Origin: Pseudomonadota bacterium
GTDB lineage: Bacteria > Bdellovibrionota_B > Oligoflexia > Oligoflexales > CAIYRB01
NCBI GenBank assembly: GCA_031416315.1
Contig: JANOTL010000191.1
Span: forward strand, 1 to 22,843
Direction of reading: 5' to 3'
DNA length: 22,843 nucleotides
Below the pieces are notes generated by a model that saw nothing but the letters and a program-made list of their open reading frames with translations, was not told the DNA's origin and ran no database searches. This document shows positions 9,423 through 17,969 of this stretch, one piece after another. How positions within the stretch are numbered: the first letter of the stretch is position 1; each line of letters begins with the position of its first letter. Made by a program: the position numbers and the translations under genes.

Positions 9423-11408
9423 TCATGGAGCGTGAGCGCGTGCCTCCACGCCGGGGTCGGTGAGGGCATGGAGGAAGGCCAAGATCGCGTCGATTTCGTG
9501 ACCGGAGAGGTTGGTGATTGGCGCATCGTTGGCGGCCGCGATGGCCGCGCGGACGTTGCCGTCCTCCCAGGCGGTCCAAAGGGCCGGATCCTTGATCGCG
9601 AAGGGGAAGACGGCCTCGTGGGGCTTCCAGTCGCCGAGCGAGGCGACGGGATTCGAGTAGTGCGCGACGAAGCGCTTCAGCGAGTTGTAGGCGCCGTTGT
9701 GGCCCCAGGGGCCGCTCAGAGTGACGTTGCGCAGGGATGGGGTGCGGAAGGTGTAGCGATCCTCGTCGCGCTTGGAGAAGCGGGCGTAGCCGTAATCTTC
9801 TTTGCCCGAGGGGCCGTCGCCCATGCCGGGGCCGAACTGCGGCATCGCGATGCCGTGATGCTCGTTGTCGGTCTGGAAGACGCCCGTATGGCAGGAGGCG
9901 CACTGGGCCTTGCCGTAGAAATAGAGGGCGCCCTGCTTTTGGATCGGGGTCATCGCGTTCTTGTCGCCGCCGAGCCAGCGGTCGAACGGCGCGGCGTCGG
10001 CACGCCAAGCCCAAGTTTCATACGCGGCGATCGCGTTGCCGATCTGTGCGATCGTGAACTGGTTCAGCGCTTGCGCCGGGTAGGCGTGGCCGATCAAGGC
10101 CTGGTAGCGCGGCTCGGCGACCACGCGTTGCACGACCGAGTCCCAGACCTGCGTGAAGTCGACCGAGCTTTGCTCGTCGCCGCTGAGACAGCCGAGCATT
10201 TCATCGCGGCTGGCAAGCGGGAAAAGCGCCTGCGCGGCGAGCGCGCTGCGCAGCCCGTAGGGGGTTTTATCGCCCGCGGGGGTGATGATGCCGGTCGGAT
10301 AGTAGGAGACGCGGCTGTCCCAGAACATCTTGGTAAAGGACTTCGCGCCGCGGTTGTAGAGCGAAGGGGAATGGCGCGGCAAGACGTCGGTCGCCAAGAA
10401 TTGGCTCGTTTTCGAGCGCGCGGCGAGCGTCGGGCCCAGGGCGACGCGGTTCGAGGTGCCGAACTCGGGGACGTGGCAGGTGGCGCAGGACGTGTCGTTT
10501 TTGGTCGAGAGCAGCTTGTCGTAAAAGAGCTCACGGCCGAGACGGATCTCGCCTGCGCTCCCCATCTCGTAGTCGGCGTCCTGCGTGGCGACGACGCCGT
10601 AGTTGCCGATGGCGGCGCGGAGGTTTTGATCGAGCAGGTACGGGTTCGGATGGCCGCCCCCTGGATACGGAGTCGGCTGCGGCGTCGGCGTCGGGTAAGG
10701 TCCCGGGGTCGGTTGCGGTGCCGGCGTCGGGTAGGGCCCGGGCGTCGGCTGCGGCGCGGGCGTCGGATAGGGGCCCGGCGTCGGATAGGGGCCCGGCGTC
10801 GGTTGCGGCGCCGGATAGGGCGACGGGGTCGGCTGGGGACCCGGCGTCGGATAAGGCTTCGGACCCGGCGCGGGATATTGCGGCGCCGGCATAGGTTTGC
10901 GGTAGTAGTAATAACGGTACGCGCCGCGCTTGCAGGAGTGCAGCCGCGTGTACGTATACGTCTTGCCGGTGGCGGTATATGCCTTGGGCTGGTAGTTGGC
11001 GTAGCTCGTCTCTTGTGTATAAGGCTGCCACGACGAAGTCGACGTATCCCGGTCGAGCTCCTCGCCCTGGGCGAGCGCGTCCTTCACCGGAGCCTTCCGG
11101 CCGACGAGGTAGGCGGCTTCGACTTCCGCGTCGAGCTGGGCCGTCTCGTGCATCGCGATGACCGCGAGATCAGCTTCCGTGGTGCGCATCTTGGCGGTGG
11201 CGGGCAGGTCTTGACCCTCGCCGTCGACCTCGACGCGGATGATCGTGCCGGCCTCGAGAGACTCGGTCTCCGCTTCGGGCGCGGGCTGCGCGACGTTGGG
11301 CGCGTCAGGCGCGGGCTTGGAGTCTTTACCGTTGCCCGCGTCGCAGGCGGCGATCGCCGCCGTGAGCGCGAGACAGACGAGACGACTTTGGGCTTTGCTC
11401 AGAAGCAT
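9423..11408 (-). CDS. Lipoprotein di-haem cytochrome c peroxidase/MauG-family enzyme with Tyr-rich N-terminal module and Pro-rich linker
   Basis: Lipobox IAAC22; 'LGRELFYDKLLS', CATCH (308-312), 'MFWDSR', CASCH (503-507), 'FRTPSLRNV..SGPWGHNG', 'LAFLHALTD'. Confidence 0.93.
   Translation of the reverse strand: MLLSKAQSRLVCLALTAAIAACDAGNGKDSKPAPDAPNVAQPAPEAETESLEAGTIIRVEVDGEGQDLPATAKMRTTEADLAVIAMHETAQLDAEVEAAYLVGRKAPVKDALAQGEELDRDTSTSSWQPYTQETSYANYQPKAYTATGKTYTYTRLHSCKRGAYRYYYYRKPMPAPQYPAPGPKPYPTPGPQPTPSPYPAPQPTPGPYPTPGPYPTPAPQPTPGPYPTPAPQPTPGPYPTPTPQPTPYPGGGHPNPYLLDQNLRAAIGNYGVVATQDADYEMGSAGEIRLGRELFYDKLLSTKNDTSCATCHVPEFGTSNRVALGPTLAARSKTSQFLATDVLPRHSPSLYNRGAKSFTKMFWDSRVSYYPTGIITPAGDKTPYGLRSALAAQALFPLASRDEMLGCLSGDEQSSVDFTQVWDSVVQRVVAEPRYQALIGHAYPAQALNQFTIAQIGNAIAAYETWAWRADAAPFDRWLGGDKNAMTPIQKQGALYFYGKAQCASCHTGVFQTDNEHHGIAMPQFGPGMGDGPSGKEDYGYARFSKRDEDRYTFRTPSLRNVTLSGPWGHNGAYNSLKRFVAHYSNPVASLGDWKPHEAVFPFAIKDPALWTAWEDGNVRAAIAAANDAPITNLSGHEIDAILAFLHALTDPGVEARAHAP
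10662..10895 (-). repeat. Pro-X tandem repeat (unit ~PQPTPGPYPTPA) inside the di-haem enzyme
   Basis: Residues 172-249; degenerate 18/36-nt units, including an exact tandem GGCGTCGGATAGGGGCCC at 10759-10776 and 10777-10794. Confidence 0.95.
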
Positions 11409-11420
11409 GGGGCCACCCTG

Positions 11421-11507
11421 TCAGTGATAATAGAATCAATAAACGATAAGAGGTTTCTAAATGATTTTAAGACATTCATCAATAGTCTTCTATAAAATGT
11501 CGTGATT
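11421..11507. promoter_or_regulatory. AT-rich upstream control region of the di-haem enzyme
   Basis: About 26% GC (23/87 by manual count) in a GC-rich window; contains inverted repeats TGAT-N6-ATCA, GACATT...AATGTC and ATAG-N4-CTAT. Confidence 0.6.
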
Positions 11508-12287
11508 TCAAGGCACTTGCCGCGAGCGGTGCCCGGCGACGATCCAGTGGCCGAGCCAGTCGAGCCCGAGGCTTAAGGCGAGCGACTCGATCTCACGCGT
11601 AAGGCTTCGGTCCGCGGCCGAGGCCCTCAAGGCGCCCGAGGGGTGGTTGTGGGCCAGGAGAATCGCCGACGGCCGTGTCGCGAGGATGCGAGCGGCGAGG
11701 GTTTGGCGATCGCAGCTCACGCCGTAGCGATGGCCGTGGCCGACGACGACGAGCGCGCCGACCGCGCCGTGGCGAGAGACCGGGACGAAGCCAAGCCACT
11801 CCTTGGCAGCGGCGCGATGCTTCGGCGAGATCTGGGCGAGGGCTGCCGCGGCGACCTCGTCAGCAGCGCACGGCGGACCCGCGTGCATGGCGACGAGCTC
11901 CTCGCGGAAGGCTGCGTACCTTCGGGCCAGCTCGAACGCGGCCGCGAGCCGGGCCAGGGCTCCGGCGTCGAGCAGAGGCAGCCCGGCGCGCGTCGGTCGC
12001 AGCGCCGTGTCGCGAGCCTTACGGGACGGCCGCCGAGGGGCGCCTAAGGGCGGTCCCAAATCGAGAACGCCGTCGGCGTCCTCGAGCGCATGGAAAAGCG
12101 CGGCCTCGAAGCTCTCGGTCCGCCGCGACGGCCCGGCGCCCAATCTTTTCCCCAGCCGGCGCGCCGCGGCCATCGCCGCGGCGGGAGAGTCCTGCGCGAG
12201 GAGCGCCGCAACCAGCTCGGTCGCGCCAAGTCCGCGCCCGCCGGTGGCGAGGATGCGGGCGCGCGGGTTGTCGGAGGCGAGCGTCAT
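11508..12287 (-). CDS. radC: RadC/UPF0758-like JAB-domain protein (divergent)
   Basis: N-terminal 'PRARIL..G...L...ELVAALL', 'AAFELARR', JAB motif E...'AHNHPSG..RASAADRSLT'. Confidence 0.8.
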   Translation of the reverse strand: MTLASDNPRARILATGGRGLGATELVAALLAQDSPAAAMAAARRLGKRLGAGPSRRTESFEAALFHALEDADGVLDLGPPLGAPRRPSRKARDTALRPTRAGLPLLDAGALARLAAAFELARRYAAFREELVAMHAGPPCAADEVAAAALAQISPKHRAAAKEWLGFVPVSRHGAVGALVVVGHGHRYGVSCDRQTLAARILATRPSAILLAHNHPSGALRASAADRSLTREIESLALSLGLDWLGHWIVAGHRSRQVP

Positions 12288-12354
12288 GCCGGCGACAGTG
12301 CGCCGGCGCTGCGCTCAAGGCGAGCGACATGCGAGGTCCGCGAAGGACCTCAGC

Positions 12355-12645
12355 TCAGTGCGCGGTCACCGCGAAGACTTCCGCGCCAGAGGCCTCGTTG
12401 AAGCAAGTGAGGAACTTGTCGGTGTTGACGAGGCCGGAGGTCGAGCGCCCGCCCATGCTGTAGCCCTTCTCGAAGCAGCCGTCGAAATGCTTGTCGACCG
12501 CTGCCGTGCAGGTCGCGTCGGCGCGGCACTTTGCGCGCAGCTCGCTGCGCAGCTCATCCTGCGTCTTTGCCTTGTTGTAGAACTTCAGCGCGAGCACCGC
12601 GGCGATGCCGAGGACGATGCCGGTGAACTGTTTGGCCTTCTGCAT
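12355..12645 (-). CDS. Small membrane-anchored hypothetical protein with 4 Cys
   Basis: AGGGGA RBS, N-terminal hydrophobic helix, GC3-rich codon usage; 96 aa. Confidence 0.75.
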   Translation of the reverse strand: MQKAKQFTGIVLGIAAVLALKFYNKAKTQDELRSELRAKCRADATCTAAVDKHFDGCFEKGYSMGGRSTSGLVNTDKFLTCFNEASGAEVFAVTAH

Positions 12646-12812
12646 GGCGGTTCCCCCTAAGTGCCCGACCGATGCGAGCGCTTCGTCGCGTTTTGCCGAA
12701 AACTTGAGATTTTTTGACGCAAGGCCTCAATACGACTGAAGATGACCGTTCTTACGTCAAGTTGCCGACGGTTTGGTCCGAGGTTTTCCCCAGTGACCAA
12801 CGGAGGCTCCCC

Positions 12813-14333
12813 ATGAAAATGATCGCGCTCGTGTCCCTGATCCTTGCGGCCAGCAGCTGCGGCAAAGCCGAAGACGACGAGGTCGACGAGGCGGAGGAGT
12901 CTTCGAGCACGGTCACCGGCGTGGGCGGCGCCGCGGGAACCGAGGGCGTCGGCACGCTGACGATCGGCTCGGGCCTGGCCTCGATTCCAGATCCGGCCTC
13001 GGTGTTCAAGGCTTCGCTCGCGAGCCTAAGTCTGGCCGCCGTCGGTCAGCCCCCGCTCTTCGCCACGCTCGGCGAGGACGTCGCGGGCAATCTCTCCGGC
13101 GACGTCACCGAGCTGATCGCAGCCATCGTCTCCGCGCAAGCCGCGCACGACTGGACAGGCGTCCGCGCCTTGACCGAGGACTTCCGGAACGCCCAGGCGA
13201 AATGTCGGGTGATGGAAGATACCGCGCGCCAGGTCCAGGACCTGGCCGACATGACCAACTCGACGTGCAAGATGAAGAAAGTCGGCGCCAAGGGCGCGGA
13301 CGCGCTGCGTGCCGTCACCGGCACCTTGCCCGCCGACGGCGACTTCTTCGTCAACACGGGTGACGCCGACGTGCGCCGCGTGATCAAGGTCGGCGCGCCG
13401 GATCTCGACAAGATCGCCTTCACGATCTCGGGCAAGACGGCGGTCCCGTCCGGCTACCGTATCAAAATGACCTTCTGTACCGCGGCCGGCAAGGCCAAAG
13501 GCGCCGAGCTGGTGGCAGTCGACGGCGCTCTCGGTACCGTGACCCACGAGACCGTGCACCACGACGAGCGCGTCGAGGTCCGTCAGGGCGTGAACGTCAA
13601 CGCCGAATTCCGGCGCCATGCGTTGATCAAGGGCGTCCTAAAGACCGAGGCCTTAGGCCTTGCCTTCGACGGCGCCAAAGCCCGCAGCGTTGCGATCGAG
13701 AATCTGGCCGCCTTCGCGAGCGACGTGCAATCCTCCGGCAACTCCTTCAACGCGCAGATCGAGATCGCCGGCGGCGAGCTCGTCACCAAGTTCGTCGGCG
13801 TCGACTCCTTCGTCGGCCCCGACGGCGTGAAGCAGGGCGGCAAGCGCCGCGGCATCGCGTCCACCGCGTTCACCGGCACGAGCGCGGCGACGGTCGCGAT
13901 CGCGGAAGGCGCCGGCAAGCAGATCGGCGAGTTCTACCGCGGCGAGCAACCGGCCATCCCGGCGACGAAGATCGTCGCTTTCAGCTACGACGAGACGAAG
14001 ACGCCGAAATACACCACCGTCACGTCGGGCAAGTACTTCGACACCGTCACGGCGATGGATTTCGCCTTAGACCCTCTGCTCAAGCTGGAAGCGCCGGCCG
14101 AGCCGGTTTTGACGCTGGCTGCCGACGCCGACTGCGACACGACGACGGCCGAGGTCGTCGCCCGCATGAACGGGAGTCCGGCCCTGCAGGCGTCGATGGC
14201 GGAATGCGACTCGGTGAAAGATCGCTTCAAAGGCGGCGACACGCTCTGCCAGGCCCTGGGGCAGCAAGAGCGTTACGTCTTCGAGGCGCTGCGCGCCGAC
14301 AAGGTCGCGAACCCGGGCACTGCGCCGCAGTAA
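12813..14333 (+). CDS. Hypothetical lipoprotein
   Basis: GGAGG RBS at 12802-12806; signal peptide 'MKMIALVSLILAASSC'; acidic tether; 506 aa; no recognisable catalytic motif. Confidence 0.8.
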   Translation: MKMIALVSLILAASSCGKAEDDEVDEAEESSSTVTGVGGAAGTEGVGTLTIGSGLASIPDPASVFKASLASLSLAAVGQPPLFATLGEDVAGNLSGDVTELIAAIVSAQAAHDWTGVRALTEDFRNAQAKCRVMEDTARQVQDLADMTNSTCKMKKVGAKGADALRAVTGTLPADGDFFVNTGDADVRRVIKVGAPDLDKIAFTISGKTAVPSGYRIKMTFCTAAGKAKGAELVAVDGALGTVTHETVHHDERVEVRQGVNVNAEFRRHALIKGVLKTEALGLAFDGAKARSVAIENLAAFASDVQSSGNSFNAQIEIAGGELVTKFVGVDSFVGPDGVKQGGKRRGIASTAFTGTSAATVAIAEGAGKQIGEFYRGEQPAIPATKIVAFSYDETKTPKYTTVTSGKYFDTVTAMDFALDPLLKLEAPAEPVLTLAADADCDTTTAEVVARMNGSPALQASMAECDSVKDRFKGGDTLCQALGQQERYVFEALRADKVANPGTAPQ

Positions 14334-14337
14334 CGGC

Positions 14338-15516
14338 TTACAGCAACTCGAAGATTCCCGCAGCCCCCATCCCGGTGCCGATGCACATCGAGACGAGGCC
14401 CCACTTCTGCTTGTCGCGCTTCATGCCGTGCAAGAGGGTGGCGGTCAGCTTCGCGCCGGTCGCCCCGAGCGGGTGACCGAGGGCGATGGCGCCGCCGGTG
14501 ACGTTGACCCGCTTCGGATCGAGCTTCAGGGTCTCGAGGACGGCTAGGGCCTGCGCAGCGAAGGCCTCGTTGAGCTCGATACGCTCGATCTGGTCGGCCT
14601 TGATTCCGGCCTGCGCGCAGGCTTTCGGGATCGCGGCGATCGGGCCGATGCCCATGACGCGCGGCGGCACGCCGGCAACCGAGTAGCCGGCGAAGCGGGC
14701 CATCGGCTTCAGGTTGTGCTTTTTTACGAACTCTTCCGAGCAGACGAGCGCCATGGCGGCGCCATCCGACATCTGCGAGCTGTTGCCGGCGGTGACCGAG
14801 CCGCCGGTCTTGAACGCGGCGCGAAGCTTCGCGAGCGCCTCGACGGTCGTGTCGGTACGCGGGCCTTCGTCGACGGCAAATTGCTGCGTGTCGACTTTCG
14901 CGGCACCGCCGGCCGCGGGGCTGCGGAAGCTGACGGGAACCGGCGCGATCTCGTCTTTGAAAAAGCCGGCCTCGATCGCCTTCGCCGCTTTCACGTGCGA
15001 CTCGTAGGAGAAGCGGTCCTGCGCCTCGCGCGTGATCTTGTAGTCGGCCGCGACGTTTTCCGCCGTGAGGCCCATGCCGAGGTAATACTCGGGGTGGCCA
15101 CCGTCCATGACCGTGCGCGAGCCCACGACCTTGTGGCCCATCATCGGGATCATGGTCATCGACTCAGTGCCGCCGGCCAAGATGCAGTGGGCTTCGCCGG
15201 CCTTAATCTGCGACGCCGCCTGCGCGATCGTCTGGATGCCGGAGGAGCAGAAGCGGTTCACGGTCACCCCCGGCACGCTCTCCGGCAGGCCGGCGAGGAG
15301 GAGCGCGAAGCGCGCGATGTTCATGCCTTGCTCGGCTTCCGGCATGGCGCAGCCGACGATCACGTCTTCGATCAGGGCCGGGTCGATGCCCGAGGCCTTG
15401 ACGACGGCGCGGATGACGTCGGCGCAGAGGTCGTCGGGACGTTTGGCGCGCAGGCTCCCGCGGAAGGCCTTGCCGACGGCGGAGCGCAGCGGAGATACGA
15501 TGTATGCAGCTTTCAT
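14338..15516 (-). CDS. fadA: Acetyl-CoA C-acyltransferase (3-ketoacyl-CoA thiolase)
   Basis: 'NRFCSSG', 'NEAF', 'GHPLGATG', 'MCIGTGMGAA' thiolase motifs; GAGGAG RBS. Confidence 0.96.
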   Translation of the reverse strand: MKAAYIVSPLRSAVGKAFRGSLRAKRPDDLCADVIRAVVKASGIDPALIEDVIVGCAMPEAEQGMNIARFALLLAGLPESVPGVTVNRFCSSGIQTIAQAASQIKAGEAHCILAGGTESMTMIPMMGHKVVGSRTVMDGGHPEYYLGMGLTAENVAADYKITREAQDRFSYESHVKAAKAIEAGFFKDEIAPVPVSFRSPAAGGAAKVDTQQFAVDEGPRTDTTVEALAKLRAAFKTGGSVTAGNSSQMSDGAAMALVCSEEFVKKHNLKPMARFAGYSVAGVPPRVMGIGPIAAIPKACAQAGIKADQIERIELNEAFAAQALAVLETLKLDPKRVNVTGGAIALGHPLGATGAKLTATLLHGMKRDKQKWGLVSMCIGTGMGAAGIFELL

Positions 15517-15534
15517 GCGTAGGCTCCTCGAGGA

Positions 15535-17928
<2,394 letters not shown>

Positions 17929-17969
17929 TGCAGCAACTCCCTGTAGTTCGTGTGCCGGCCAGCCGTCCG

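Noticed and set aside
10662..10895. Tandem repeats as a possible CRISPR or non-coding array
   Set aside because: In-frame coding repeats with no unique spacers and no cas genes.
9387..11495. 702-aa plus-strand ORF with Arg-rich repeats
   Set aside because: Antisense shadow of the di-haem gene. The repeats mirror the Pro-X linker, and long stop-free antisense frames are expected at this GC content.
11508..12287. radC as a marker of a mobile element or defence island
   Set aside because: No integrase, transposase, att-like repeats or GC shift in the flanking genes.
12714..12760. TTGACG...CGTCAA inverted repeat between divergent genes
   Set aside because: A 6-bp match with a 35-nt spacer and no convincing -10 partners; could be chance.
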